Positions 27,506 to 37,671 of a DNA stretch of 64,000 bases are shown here, piece by piece (position 1 is the first letter of the stretch; every line of letters starts with the position of its first letter). The position numbers were made by a program, and so were the translations under genes. The stretch lies in IMG/VR virus record IMGVR_UViG_2721755587_000001. One strand, 5' to 3'. Source of the stretch: a virus. Its lineage: Duplodnaviria > Caudoviricetes. The notes under the pieces are model-generated. The model made no database searches. It saw nothing but the letters and a program-made list of their open reading frames with translations, and was not told the origin of the DNA.

Positions 27506-27978
27506 CCAAGCGTCTCATCCAGGCATCGATCACCGGGTTTGAGGGCGAGCCGAGAACCGTCTATTCGCTGTATGACCTGGACACGGGTCTCTTGGTCGTC
27601 AACAAGGAGGTGGCGTTTCGAGAGGACCGATTTGGCGGTTGCGTGATTGTCAGCAACGCAGAGTTGCCCGCGCGCGAGGCCCTCTTCACCGTTGATCACT
27701 TCCCGGAAGCCATTGAGGCATTCTTCGAGTTGAGCCGGGGGAAGCAGATCCACATCGAGGATAAGGCGAGCCGGAGTAACCCTACTCACTGCATCCAGGA
27801 TGACGGCCTCAGCACCAACGGTGGTCGGACCTACCGGATCAATCCCAACACCTTGAATTGCCAGGTGGCCGTCATGGCCACCTGCTGGTATGTCAAGCGG
27901 TCACGTACCCTAAACAAGGTCGTGAACATGGCCGATCGCCTGCTTGAGATCCAACGCGGCGGCATATTGAGCGTCTGA
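27502..27978 (+). CDS. hypothetical protein
   Basis: ATGA overlap. Confidence 0.6.
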   Translation: MTKRLIQASITGFEGEPRTVYSLYDLDTGLLVVNKEVAFREDRFGGCVIVSNAELPAREALFTVDHFPEAIEAFFELSRGKQIHIEDKASRSNPTHCIQDDGLSTNGGRTYRINPNTLNCQVAVMATCWYVKRSRTLNKVVNMADRLLEIQRGGILSV

Positions 27979-27985
27979 CCGTTAC

Positions 27986-28026
27986 GGAAAACGCCGAGCT
28001 TGGCGCGATAGGGCATTCCCGACAAT
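27986..28026 (+). promoter_or_regulatory. late-promoter motif
   Basis: GGAAAA-N29-GACAAT. Confidence 0.7.
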
Positions 28027-28055
28027 GACTCCACTAGTCTTAGGAGTCCGGCGGG

Positions 28056-29276
28056 ATGCCAACTTCCATTCCATTGACACCTACCGTCACCGCAGACGGG
28101 CTGACTGCGCTATTCAATGCGCAGAACACAGGTGTCGAACTTGCAATCACCCACATCGCACTGGGAACCGGGCAGTATGTGCCCGATGGTACCGAGCACG
28201 CGCTGCAGAACGAAAAGCTTCGCCTGCCGATAGCCGGCGGCGGGCGTATTTCGCCCACGCAGATCCAGGTCTATGCCAGTGGGCGCGCGAATGCAGGTCA
28301 ACCATTTTGGTCTGGCGAGATTGGGTTCTACGCCGGAAGCATACTGTTTGCGGTCTATGGCCGGACGGCTGCGCCTTCGCTGTACGTGTCGGATGAGATT
28401 TCGACCACGATATCGTATTCCCTTGGCTTCAAGGCGCTGCCGCCCGACAGCATTACCGTCACGGTCGACCCCAATGCAGCCTCGGTACCGCTGCTGATCG
28501 GTCAGCACGTCATTGACCCCAATGCGCACCCTCAGTACGCGCCGCTGGACAGCCCGACGTTCATCAATACACCACGGGCCCCCACCCAGCCGGCCAGCGA
28601 CAACAGCACGCTGCTAGCTACGACCGCTTTCGCGCAAGGAGCGATTGCGGCCGCTATCCTGGCCGATACGATCGGGCGAGTATTTTTCAGTCCGCGCACG
28701 ACTGCGCCGGCCGGATCCATCAAGCTCAACGGTGTGCTTCTGCTCCGCGCCAACTATCCCGCTTTGTGGCAGTTTGCGCAGGCGAGCGGGAATCTGGTTT
28801 CAGAAGCGGCTTGGCCGGCGAGTCCTGGCAGTTTCTCAACTGGCGATGGGGCGACGACATTCCGGGTCCCAGAGGTTCGAGGGGAGTTCATTCGTGCGTT
28901 GGACGATGCACGCGGTGTCGATTCCGGCCGAATCATAGGGTCCTGGCAGGGCAGCCAGAATCTGTCCCACGCACACGGAGCGTACGCGGACGTGCAGGGT
29001 TACCACTCGCACGGTGCCACTACCTCGTACAACGGGGACCACAACCACAGCACCAGTTTCTATCGCAGTTCCTTGAACAACCATTACGGCGGGGAGCCAT
29101 TAGACCCGGCCCTGAATCCAACAAGCGACCCGATTTACACCAGCACGAATGGGGGGCACGTCCACAGCATCATCGGCGATGGCAGCCACAACCACAACAT
29201 TACGGTGTACGCCGACGGTAGCGGGGAAGCCAGGTCACGAAACGTCGCCTGGCCGATGTTCATGCGCGCCTATTAA
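28056..29276 (+). CDS. tail fibre with collar domain
   Basis: ITHIALGTG, HPQYAPLDSP, TFRVPEVRGEFIR, HxH repeats, RSRNVA. Confidence 0.9.
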   Translation: MPTSIPLTPTVTADGLTALFNAQNTGVELAITHIALGTGQYVPDGTEHALQNEKLRLPIAGGGRISPTQIQVYASGRANAGQPFWSGEIGFYAGSILFAVYGRTAAPSLYVSDEISTTISYSLGFKALPPDSITVTVDPNAASVPLLIGQHVIDPNAHPQYAPLDSPTFINTPRAPTQPASDNSTLLATTAFAQGAIAAAILADTIGRVFFSPRTTAPAGSIKLNGVLLLRANYPALWQFAQASGNLVSEAAWPASPGSFSTGDGATTFRVPEVRGEFIRALDDARGVDSGRIIGSWQGSQNLSHAHGAYADVQGYHSHGATTSYNGDHNHSTSFYRSSLNNHYGGEPLDPALNPTSDPIYTSTNGGHVHSIIGDGSHNHNITVYADGSGEARSRNVAWPMFMRAY

Positions 29277-29288
29277 GGAGAGCCCATC

Positions 29289-29855
29289 ATGTTGCTTCAT
29301 CACTTCGACAGCGAAACGGGGCAGTATCTGAGCAGTACGCTGGCAGAGGCCGACCCTCGCAATCAGGACCGCTGGTTGCAGCCGGCCTTCACCACTCCGG
29401 ATGCGTTGCCCGATCGAACTCGCTATACCTGGCCGGTGCGGCGGGCTGACGCATGGGTACTCGTCCCCGACTACCGGGGCGTGCTTGCCTACCGGCAAGA
29501 CACGGGCGAGGCGGTCGAGGTCATCCAGATTGGGAAGACGCTGGCCGATCTGGGTCTGGCAGATACCCCGCGCCCGTCCAGCGACTACTCCTGGGAGGCA
29601 GGGGGATGGGCCTTGAACTCAACCTTGGTGGATACCAGGCTGCGGGCAGAGGCCTTGGCGGAAATGGAGAGACGCGTCATCCAGGCACGGCAAATGACCG
29701 CCGGCAAGGCGGATGCGTTCGCCGCCGGGCTTCTCTCGGATGCCGAAGTCGCAAGCTTCAAGGCATGGGCAGCATATCAGCTCGCCGTGGCAAAAGTCGT
29801 AGACCAGGCCGGGTATCCTGCCAGCATCGTCTGGCCGGATCCTCCAGCAGCGTAA
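29289..29855 (+). CDS. tail fibre assembly chaperone (Tfa-like)
   Basis: WVLVPDYRG; AWAAYQ...IVWPDPP. Confidence 0.85.
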   Translation: MLLHHFDSETGQYLSSTLAEADPRNQDRWLQPAFTTPDALPDRTRYTWPVRRADAWVLVPDYRGVLAYRQDTGEAVEVIQIGKTLADLGLADTPRPSSDYSWEAGGWALNSTLVDTRLRAEALAEMERRVIQARQMTAGKADAFAAGLLSDAEVASFKAWAAYQLAVAKVVDQAGYPASIVWPDPPAA

Positions 29856-29861
29856 GCCGGC

Positions 29862-30242
29862 ATGAGCATCGAGCAGAATACCGCCTCGGTCAGCGACTTC
29901 TACAAGCGCGTCCGGACATTCGCCTCGCAGACCCCAGTCTGGGGTACAGCGCTGCGCTACCAGACCATGCCGGACGAGCGCTGGGACATGACTTTGGTCT
30001 CACAGCGCGTGTATGGCAGGCGGGATGAGTTTCTGGCTGTCATGGCGGCCGCCGGCCTGGACTCGATCGAGCAGCAACTGACGGAGCAGTTGCTGGTGCT
30101 GCCAACCGAGGCGCAGTTGAAGGACATCAAGACGGCGGCCGGGTTTGTGAACTTGGCCGATGATCGACCAGTCACGAGCCCGACGGCCATCCCGCCAGAG
30201 TACGCGCTGCTCCTTGGCAGCCTCACCAACGGGACAAGTTAA
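29862..30242 (+). CDS. baseplate protein, P1 gp26-like
   Basis: DMTLVSQRVYG...VMAAAGL...LVLP. Confidence 0.6.
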   Translation: MSIEQNTASVSDFYKRVRTFASQTPVWGTALRYQTMPDERWDMTLVSQRVYGRRDEFLAVMAAAGLDSIEQQLTEQLLVLPTEAQLKDIKTAAGFVNLADDRPVTSPTAIPPEYALLLGSLTNGTS

Positions 30243-31250
30243 GTGGCACCTCCACGTTCGAAGGCCGACCAGATCAAGGACCTGGTCAATCATCGTGGCT
30301 CGGTCAAGGAGGCTCGCGAGCGCCTCAAGGCCGACCAGGACAGGCGGGCGCGTGCATCCACACTCCTATCCCCGGCGGACGTCCGGGGCGAATACGATGC
30401 CGAGCGAGTGCTTAAAACAACACTCGGCGGCGAACTGCGGACGATCACGGTCGAGGATCTGCAGGCGTTTCGTGACAACATTGCCACGATTGGGCGACAC
30501 TACAAAAAGGGCCTGACGGCCCAAAAGGTGATCAACCTGGCCCGGCCGGAAGACCGGGAGAGGGCGAACCAGCAGATCCACCATGCGATTCCGGCTGGCG
30601 CGAATCGCGGAACTGTGCGGTTCATCACCAATGCCGGGCCAAATTCCGACGTGGCGCGGCATCATGTCCATGTGGATTTAATGGGCTACTCGGTGGCCAC
30701 GGCATCGCCGCTGGACCCGAAGAAGCTCGCGACGGAGCTGGTGAAAAAGAGCCCGCTGCGCCTATGGTGCGACTGCGGGCGCTGGCGCTTTTGGTATGGG
30801 TACATTGCCACGATTGGAGGCTTCAACCTCGTCTACAACGAGACCGCGTTTCCGAAGATCAAGAACCCCATGCTGACTGGCGTGGCCTGCAAGCATATCT
30901 TGCGGGTGATGCACGAGCTCCAGCGGAGCACGTCGATCCGTAACGTGGTGGCTCAGATGATCGAGCGCGGCCAGTCCGACGAGGCTAGGAAGCACGCCAC
31001 TATTAGCAAGGAGCAGGCCGAGAAGATCGCCAAGCAGCAGGCGCGCAAGCGAAGCGAGATCCAGGTCAAGCACCCACAGAAAGAGGTCAAGGCACTACAG
31101 AAGATCGTCGCAGCGAAGAAGGCCCCGCCGAAGAAGGACGCCGACCAGGCGCGATTCGATGCTGAGCGCAACTTGCGCCGGCTGAAGGAACTCGGCCAGA
31201 TCTCCGATGCGGATTTCAAGACGATCATGACGACGTTGAGGAAGAAATAA
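30243..31250 (+). CDS. SWIM-type Zn-finger phage protein
   Basis: WCDC...ACKHI. Confidence 0.65.
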   Translation: MAPPRSKADQIKDLVNHRGSVKEARERLKADQDRRARASTLLSPADVRGEYDAERVLKTTLGGELRTITVEDLQAFRDNIATIGRHYKKGLTAQKVINLARPEDRERANQQIHHAIPAGANRGTVRFITNAGPNSDVARHHVHVDLMGYSVATASPLDPKKLATELVKKSPLRLWCDCGRWRFWYGYIATIGGFNLVYNETAFPKIKNPMLTGVACKHILRVMHELQRSTSIRNVVAQMIERGQSDEARKHATISKEQAEKIAKQQARKRSEIQVKHPQKEVKALQKIVAAKKAPPKKDADQARFDAERNLRRLKELGQISDADFKTIMTTLRKK

Positions 31251-31252
31251 CC

Positions 31253-31759
31253 ATGCTAAACAAGGTCCCTCAAGACATCAACAGGGCGGCGCGTGCGGTG
31301 GTGCTACGCCACCCGAACAATATGGACTGTGCCGTCTATCGCAAGGTCGTCAACCGTGCCAACATGCCGCCGGACGACTTGGGAGGATTGCCGACGCTCG
31401 GCGGCTTGGCCGTGCTCGATTCTGAAGACGAGCCAGACGTCGACTGGGATGACCTGGGATACGGCAAGCTCCTCATCACCGAAGCCTACGGCGGCGGCCA
31501 AGTCGTGAACCGAGACGACGCGATCGACATGACATCGGCCCAGATGTATGCCCTGGTGGAGTTCGTTGACCTGCATACCGATCCCGACAGGCGCGTGGTG
31601 CAGAAACATGATGTGGTCTACCTGCTGCTAGCCGACGAGATCAAGATCGCCTACGAGGTTATGGAAGTTGATGGGGCGGTCAACATTCCCCCATACGCAC
31701 GGAAATATCTGCTGTCCAAGCGAGACGACCTCACGTACATCGGCGGCTTTCCTGACTAA
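31253..31759 (+). CDS. morphogenesis protein (head-tail joining-like)
   Basis: late-operon context, beta-rich. Confidence 0.5.
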   Translation: MLNKVPQDINRAARAVVLRHPNNMDCAVYRKVVNRANMPPDDLGGLPTLGGLAVLDSEDEPDVDWDDLGYGKLLITEAYGGGQVVNRDDAIDMTSAQMYALVEFVDLHTDPDRRVVQKHDVVYLLLADEIKIAYEVMEVDGAVNIPPYARKYLLSKRDDLTYIGGFPD

Positions 31760-31971
31760 ATGGCTAGCTGAACCTCAATAACGTCGAAGCCCTGGCCACG
31801 AACGCAGAGGTACTGGCCTTGGGCGGCCTCATTTACCGCCTTGCGCGCGTCGTCGCGCTTCAGACCCCGATCGCGCAGTTCCCGAACAGCCGCAGCCTTC
31901 GAATAGGCGAGTGCAAAGCTGTTCACGCCGGCATATGCGCCATTCCCGATCTTGATCCTTGTGGTGCTCAT
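31756..31971 (-). CDS. small hypothetical protein with its own promoter
   Basis: AAGGA RBS; upstream promoter. Confidence 0.6.
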   Translation of the reverse strand: MSTTRIKIGNGAYAGVNSFALAYSKAAAVRELRDRGLKRDDARKAVNEAAQGQYLCVRGQGFDVIEVQLAI

Positions 31972-32002
31972 AGTGGGAGTCCTTGCTTGTCAATTTGAGC
32001 TA

Positions 32003-32031
32003 ATAATAGTCATATAAGGCTAAAAAGGCAA
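32003..32031 (-). promoter_or_regulatory. sigma70 promoter with operator-like site
   Basis: TTGCCT-17-TATTAT; AGTCATATAAGGCTA 32008-32022. Confidence 0.65.
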
Positions 32032-32070
32032 GCGCAATTATGCCGTCTAGAGCGGCAACCATTGGCAACC

Positions 32071-32111
32071 GGAAAAACCCTCGTAGTCCAGCCAACGTGG
32101 CCCCGTACCAT
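32071..32111 (+). promoter_or_regulatory. late-promoter motif (dar operon)
   Basis: GGAAAA-N29-TACCAT. Confidence 0.7.
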
Positions 32112-32134
32112 CGCCTCATCTATAAGGGGCGAGC

Positions 32135-35086
32135 ATGTCTTGGCTTGATTACTGCATTCTCACTGGCGCGGAGGCGAATCAACTTGCCGCCGGCCACCTA
32201 CCAGCAGCAAATACCATCGGTGGCAATGTCGCAGTTTCCATTGAGTCTGAGGATGGGTCACCGTTAGTCCTATATGGCTTGGTCGTGGGTGTCAGCTTCA
32301 CGGCGGAGAAGGTTCGCTATGCCGTCGCATTCGCCGTTTCCCCGGAGCCGCGCGATGGTCTCACCCTATACGCCGTCGTCGGCGGGATCCCGTCCGAACT
32401 GGTGTCGCCCAATGACGCGGGCACTCGGGATGGTGTAAGCGAGGATGCTTTCGCTCTGCTCGAGCGCGCCGCCCATGACGGGGCATTCGGGGACAACAAC
32501 CTTCCGTTGCCTACGCCTGCGCAGTGCCTGGCGAACGACTACAAGGTCGGACATACCGAAATGTTCGGCCTTCCGGTGGCGATTGAGCAGCCGCGCGGGT
32601 CCGTTCGCTCGGGTGTCGACCCTGACGGCCACGAATGGTCGAACCGCATGGCGGCTCACTACGGCTATATCGAAGGGACCACAGGTGCAGACGGCGACGA
32701 GGTGGATTGCTTTATCGGCCCGGTGCCCGAATCCACGCGTGTCTACGTGATCAACCAGGTGGACCCGCGCTCCGGCCGCTTCGATGAGCACAAGACCATG
32801 CTCGGCTTTGCGGATCGCAGCAGCGCGATCCAAGCCTACCAGGAGAGCTACGACCGGGATTGGAGGGGGCTGGGCTCCATCGTGTCCCTGACCGTGGCGC
32901 AGTTAAAGCAATGGCTGGCAGGCGGTGATACGACGCAGGAACTGACTGCCGCGCAGCTTCCCGAAGGAGCCACGATGGACAAAGTGACATGGGCCGGCGA
33001 CATGCCGGAAAACAAGACGCTGGACGCGGTCTTATATGACATCCGCCGGCACGACGACGGTGCCGGATTGGTGTTTGATCCGGTGACGGAAGATGAGATC
33101 CACCAGGATGCCGAAGAGGTGATGACGCTGGACGCGATGGTGGTGCCGTTCAAGCTGTTGCAGCGCCGAATGGGGCTACTGCAGAACGTCATGAACCGCA
33201 CCGGTACCGGCCTGAACGTCGCCGCCTACACGATCACCAAGCCTTACAAGATTCGCGGAGTTGTCAATGTCGCTGCTATCTTCGAGATGAGCGACGGCCA
33301 GACCATGACGATCTACTTTCACAGCGGCAATCAGGCCAGCGTCAGCCGTGTGCAGCCGAACGACGAGCTCATTTCGTGGAAGTGGCTGCTGAACAAGAAG
33401 GACATCACCATCGTGGTGGCTCGCGAGCGGGGTGCCGACCTTAACGTTCGGGAAGTCTCCCGCCGGGTGATGCGCCTGGCGGACAAGAACTCTGCCGCCT
33501 TCAAGAAAGTCAATGCAAGCCGAGCCGCTCGTCTGGAAAGCATTGAGGGACTCAAGGCTCAGATTTCCGACCGAGAGCAGACCCTTGAAACGGTTCAGCG
33601 CGCGATCGTGGAGAAGCGGGCCGAGAAGGAGCGTGCGGACGCGGAAGCGCGGGCAGCAGCAGCTGCCATCAAGCTAGACCCAGCGGAAACCGGTGTCCTC
33701 CGCGCAATGGGTGTGCCCGAAGCTGATGTCGGGGCCATTCAACTTTACGCGACTTACGCGGCGTTCGCGGCGGACATCGCAAACCAGGACGTTGCTGATC
33801 ACATTGCCGTTGAGCGCATCAACGCCATCCGGAATGGCCTGCGGGAACGTGGCTGGGAAGGCCTGATGTACGGCCAACTGACCAAGACTGTCGGGCCTGT
33901 GGTCTACGGGTTTGGTATCGATCGACGGTCCGCATCCAGCTACAACCTCACAAACTTCGCGATCGCTGTGGGGCGAACCGGGGAAGACGGGCGGGAATCG
34001 CACGTGGGCACGGTCGAAAACGACATGACCAAAACGGCAGATCAGCTCGCGCATTCGATCGATGCCATGGCCGCAGCCGTCGCGTCTCCGATCGTGGAGC
34101 CCGCTGCGGCGCAGCCGGCAGAGCCGGATGCTGCGGTCGTAGTGGTGGATCCCACTATCGCTGCGGTCGTGATCGATCCCCCGACGGAACCGCAAGTCGC
34201 GCTGGACCCAACCCCAGAGCCGGAGGTAGTCGCGACGGTTGTGGCTCTGCCTGAGCCGGCAGCTGAGCCTGCATACACCCTGGAGTTGAATGGGGCACCG
34301 GCTACAGACGCATCCAACTCATGGCCCGGCCTGTCGCTGGCAGACGTTACCGCGCGCGTTGCCGAAATTTCGAATGATGTCTGGTGGATGTACAAGGTCT
34401 TCCGCGAAGACGAATCGGGCCCGGTGGACGTGACCGATGAAATCCGGGCAAGCGCTGTTCCGGCCCCTCAGATCGATCCGGCTCTTCCTGCCGAGGAGGC
34501 TCCCTCTGGGCCCGCCGTCGTGGAGGTTCAGGAGAGCGGTATCGCTGCACCCGAGGCCGCCGCCCTGGCCGTACAGGTCGCTGCTGCTGCCGTTCAGGTG
34601 GATCCGGACAATCCGACCCCGCCGGCCGAGCCGCCTGTCATCCCCGAGCCGCCGGCTGATCCGACTCTCCCGGCTGGCGCTGGGGGCCAGCCTGCGCCCG
34701 AGCCGACGGCAGTTGCTGAGCCGCCCGTGGATCCCCAGTCTGCCGAGACGGCCCCGTTGGCAGCAACCGCTCAGACCGTGGAGCCGTCTACGGAGCCGGC
34801 TGCATCGGGAGAGCCGCCGGCGGTGCCTGAGGTGCCGACTGAGCCCGTGGTAGCCGAGGGAGCGCAACTACCGGCCGCGATTGACCGGAATAGGGATGAC
34901 GATATCGCCTTCATCCAGTCGGTCATCGACCAGAGCGCCGACATGATGGACCCTGAGGTGCCCGAGAAGTTGGCCACCATCCATGCTGCCTACGGTGACG
35001 ATGCGGGGATGGGGGCACGTTTCTCGGAGGCGGTCAGGGCCTATTCCTCGTTCATGGTCGATCGCGCCGGCCTGGCGCTTGCCTAA
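32135..35086 (+). CDS. darA: DarA-like antirestriction protein fused to an inorganic pyrophosphatase-like domain
   Basis: HYGYIEGTTGADGDEVDCFIG; FEMSDGQTMTIYFH...WKWLLNKKDIT; Pro/Ala/Glu-rich linker; helical C-terminus. Confidence 0.75.
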   Translation: MSWLDYCILTGAEANQLAAGHLPAANTIGGNVAVSIESEDGSPLVLYGLVVGVSFTAEKVRYAVAFAVSPEPRDGLTLYAVVGGIPSELVSPNDAGTRDGVSEDAFALLERAAHDGAFGDNNLPLPTPAQCLANDYKVGHTEMFGLPVAIEQPRGSVRSGVDPDGHEWSNRMAAHYGYIEGTTGADGDEVDCFIGPVPESTRVYVINQVDPRSGRFDEHKTMLGFADRSSAIQAYQESYDRDWRGLGSIVSLTVAQLKQWLAGGDTTQELTAAQLPEGATMDKVTWAGDMPENKTLDAVLYDIRRHDDGAGLVFDPVTEDEIHQDAEEVMTLDAMVVPFKLLQRRMGLLQNVMNRTGTGLNVAAYTITKPYKIRGVVNVAAIFEMSDGQTMTIYFHSGNQASVSRVQPNDELISWKWLLNKKDITIVVARERGADLNVREVSRRVMRLADKNSAAFKKVNASRAARLESIEGLKAQISDREQTLETVQRAIVEKRAEKERADAEARAAAAAIKLDPAETGVLRAMGVPEADVGAIQLYATYAAFAADIANQDVADHIAVERINAIRNGLRERGWEGLMYGQLTKTVGPVVYGFGIDRRSASSYNLTNFAIAVGRTGEDGRESHVGTVENDMTKTADQLAHSIDAMAAAVASPIVEPAAAQPAEPDAAVVVVDPTIAAVVIDPPTEPQVALDPTPEPEVVATVVALPEPAAEPAYTLELNGAPATDASNSWPGLSLADVTARVAEISNDVWWMYKVFREDESGPVDVTDEIRASAVPAPQIDPALPAEEAPSGPAVVEVQESGIAAPEAAALAVQVAAAAVQVDPDNPTPPAEPPVIPEPPADPTLPAGAGGQPAPEPTAVAEPPVDPQSAETAPLAATAQTVEPSTEPAASGEPPAVPEVPTEPVVAEGAQLPAAIDRNRDDDIAFIQSVIDQSADMMDPEVPEKLATIHAAYGDDAGMGARFSEAVRAYSSFMVDRAGLALA

Positions 35087-35091
35087 GGGGA

Positions 35092-37560
35092 GTGGTGATG
35101 GAGATCATGACCCAGACGGATACGCCGCCCGATATTCTTCCCGGCGCGGTGGTGCTTGAGGGGGCGGAAGATGTACCGCCTACTCCGCCATCGTTGGTAA
35201 TCCCGGTCCAGGTCGGAGAGGCGATCAGCAGTCTGCCCTCGGGTGGCGGTGTTGCGCTCGACAGTACCGACTTGGATCGGCTTCGGATCAGCGCAGGGCT
35301 CGGGCTTCATCTCGCAGATCTGAGCCGGCTGGGCGACAGTGACGCCGACGCCTTGGAGAGGCTTCGGCTTGCGGTCCAGATTCGCGATGCCCTGGCCGCG
35401 CTTGGCGTGCAGCCAGAGGAGGAGAGCGACGACCCCAATAGCCCGAACTACCGCTATCGGGACACGGGATATATTGCTGCCTCGCGCAAGGAAAGGGCAG
35501 CAGAGATGATCCGGGTGGCGCGAGATAGTGGGCAGATGCTGCGCGCTACCGATGTGGATTGGTCGGAGATCGAGCAGAATCCGCGTCAGGCAAAGGAGCT
35601 GATCACCAAGTCGAATTTGTTTGGCAAGGTGGATTGGGCGGCCTTGCGCGAAGCGGGGATGGATCCAGCAGCCGGCTTTCTCATCGACAGGGTATATGCG
35701 TCGATTGCTCCAGAGCCGGCAGAGGACAAGCCGCAGGCGCGCATGGACTACGCCCGTGGGATTGAGACGATTCGGGCACGTATCGAGGATTGCTTGACTG
35801 TCGATGCCGTCATGGCGGTGCTGCAGGAGATTCGCGATGAGCTCCGAGGCACCACCCTCAGGCCGGATGAGGCGGAGCAGTACGAACTATGGCGCGCTGA
35901 GTTGATCGAGGTGCGGATAAAGCTTCGTGATGCGGAGAACAGCACGAACAGCCTGTACGAGGCAGCGCAGGCCGCCAAGAGCGAGCAATATCGAGTCGAG
36001 TACACCCTTGAGGGCCGCAAGAAGCGCGGCTGGAAGATCCAGCCGGAGCACGAGGAGGCTCTGGCAAACGCCCAAGCGCTGGCGGAGCAGTTGTGGGCGC
36101 AGTGGTCCTCGGCCCTGGACGCAAAGAGGCCCATCGTAGAGTCGCTTCGCAATCAGGCGCAAGCCCTCTCTCGTCAACTGATCGACCTCGAGCAGGCAGC
36201 TAAGGCTCGCAACCTGACCGAGAACCCAGTCACCAGGGCCTGGCTGACTTTCGGGGATCGGTTCTTCAAGCTCTTGCACTACCGCAGTTTCAAGGGCTCC
36301 GACGCCTTTGCCGGCCACGTGACCAACGCAAAAGCAGGCCGGATTGCCGACTGGGCTTGGTCAGAGGAGAAGGATCGTCCGCTTCGGACGGCGACCAAGC
36401 AGGAGATCAACTTTCAGTTGAGGGTAGCGGATACCTACACGCGTCGTGGTGGCCGGGCGGTCTCCGCTGCCTCCACCCAAGCACTCAAGGATGCGCTTGG
36501 CCTCCGGGATGTCCAATCTGGAAACTGGGTGCTGAAGGACCCAAACAGCGCCAAATTTCACGTGGAGCAGACCGCCGCCGCTATGTCCGATTTGGCCGAC
36601 GTGCTTGGTATTGATGGCAACGCCTTGGGCCTTGGTGGACGTCTTGGGCTTGCTTTCGGAGCTCGCGGTACAGGCGGCAAGAATACGGCGCGGGCTCACT
36701 ATGAGCCGGTTCATCGCGTGATCAACCTTACCAAAATGGGTGGGGGCGGCTGCCTTGGTCATGAATTCTTCCATGCTGTGGACAACATGCTTGCGGAACT
36801 GGTGACACAGCAGTCCACTGGGAAGGGCGACTTTGCGACCAGCAACCCGGACTTGCTGCCGGACGGACCTATCAAGGAGGCGACCAAAGCGCTCGTTGGT
36901 GCTATCTACCAGGGCGACAATCGGGTCACTGAATCGATCAAGTTCACGGAGAAGGACGTCAGGATCGCGAAGTACAACGTCGATTCGCCTAGTAGCAACA
37001 TGGCGCGTGCCATCAAGGAGGCGGGCAACGCGACTGATGCGGTCCTCGCAGTAGACAGTTCGGTCGAGAACACCCGATCCAAGGGAAGCACGTATCACAG
37101 GCGTTGGCGAACGTTGGCCGCCGCCTACTACGCGCCGGAGGGTGTCAACATCATCCGGACGAAGACTGGTCGGCTTGTATCGAACTTCGTCGTCGGGGCC
37201 GGACAACTGGACAACGGCGAAATCGGCAAGTACTGGTCGCAAACTGATGAACTCGCGGCGCGCGCATTCCAGTCCTGGATCGAGGACCGGCTGACGGAGC
37301 AGGATCGGCAGAATGACTACCTGAGCGTCTATGCCGATAACAAGTACCACGTCGATCCGCTGACAGGGTTCGAGTGGAAGCCCTACCCGGAGGGGGATGA
37401 GCGGGCCCAGATCAATGCGGCGTTCGATGGGCTGTTCGCTGCCATCCGTGAGGCCAAGACATTCGAGTCTGCCGCTGTGAACCCGACATTGCTGGACGCG
37501 ATCTTTGGCGCGACTCAGCAGGTCGACGCCGGTGCGGAGCCCGATTTGCTCCCTGTGTAA
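35092..37560 (+). CDS. ddrB: DdrB-like protein with LPD1-type zincin-like domain
   Basis: LAFGARG...AHYEP...INLTK...HEFFHAVD; YWS...ELAARAFQSWI; PYP. Confidence 0.7.
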   Translation: MVMEIMTQTDTPPDILPGAVVLEGAEDVPPTPPSLVIPVQVGEAISSLPSGGGVALDSTDLDRLRISAGLGLHLADLSRLGDSDADALERLRLAVQIRDALAALGVQPEEESDDPNSPNYRYRDTGYIAASRKERAAEMIRVARDSGQMLRATDVDWSEIEQNPRQAKELITKSNLFGKVDWAALREAGMDPAAGFLIDRVYASIAPEPAEDKPQARMDYARGIETIRARIEDCLTVDAVMAVLQEIRDELRGTTLRPDEAEQYELWRAELIEVRIKLRDAENSTNSLYEAAQAAKSEQYRVEYTLEGRKKRGWKIQPEHEEALANAQALAEQLWAQWSSALDAKRPIVESLRNQAQALSRQLIDLEQAAKARNLTENPVTRAWLTFGDRFFKLLHYRSFKGSDAFAGHVTNAKAGRIADWAWSEEKDRPLRTATKQEINFQLRVADTYTRRGGRAVSAASTQALKDALGLRDVQSGNWVLKDPNSAKFHVEQTAAAMSDLADVLGIDGNALGLGGRLGLAFGARGTGGKNTARAHYEPVHRVINLTKMGGGGCLGHEFFHAVDNMLAELVTQQSTGKGDFATSNPDLLPDGPIKEATKALVGAIYQGDNRVTESIKFTEKDVRIAKYNVDSPSSNMARAIKEAGNATDAVLAVDSSVENTRSKGSTYHRRWRTLAAAYYAPEGVNIIRTKTGRLVSNFVVGAGQLDNGEIGKYWSQTDELAARAFQSWIEDRLTEQDRQNDYLSVYADNKYHVDPLTGFEWKPYPEGDERAQINAAFDGLFAAIREAKTFESAAVNPTLLDAIFGATQQVDAGAEPDLLPV

Positions 37561-37567
37561 CAAAAAT

Positions 37568-37608
37568 GGAAAACGGCGGTCGGGACAATAGCCACGCTAT
37601 CCCATACT
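37568..37608 (+). promoter_or_regulatory. late-promoter motif upstream of a terminator hairpin
   Basis: GGAAAA-N29-CATACT. Confidence 0.6.
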
Positions 37609-37627
37609 TGAGCCGTTCAAGGTGTTG

Positions 37628-37666
37628 GCCCCGACCGGTTGATGAAACTGCTCGGGGCATTTTTTT
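37628..37666 (+). terminator. intrinsic terminator
   Basis: GCCCCGA/TCGGGGC + A-T7. Confidence 0.7.
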
Positions 37667-37671
37667 GCCTT

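Noticed and set aside
28056-29855. Diversity-generating retroelement or invertible fibre system
   Set aside because: No reverse transcriptase, TR/VR pair or invertase seen
37634-37652. Hammerhead-like core (TTGATGA...AAAC)
   Set aside because: No complete CTGATGA/GAAA core with three stems
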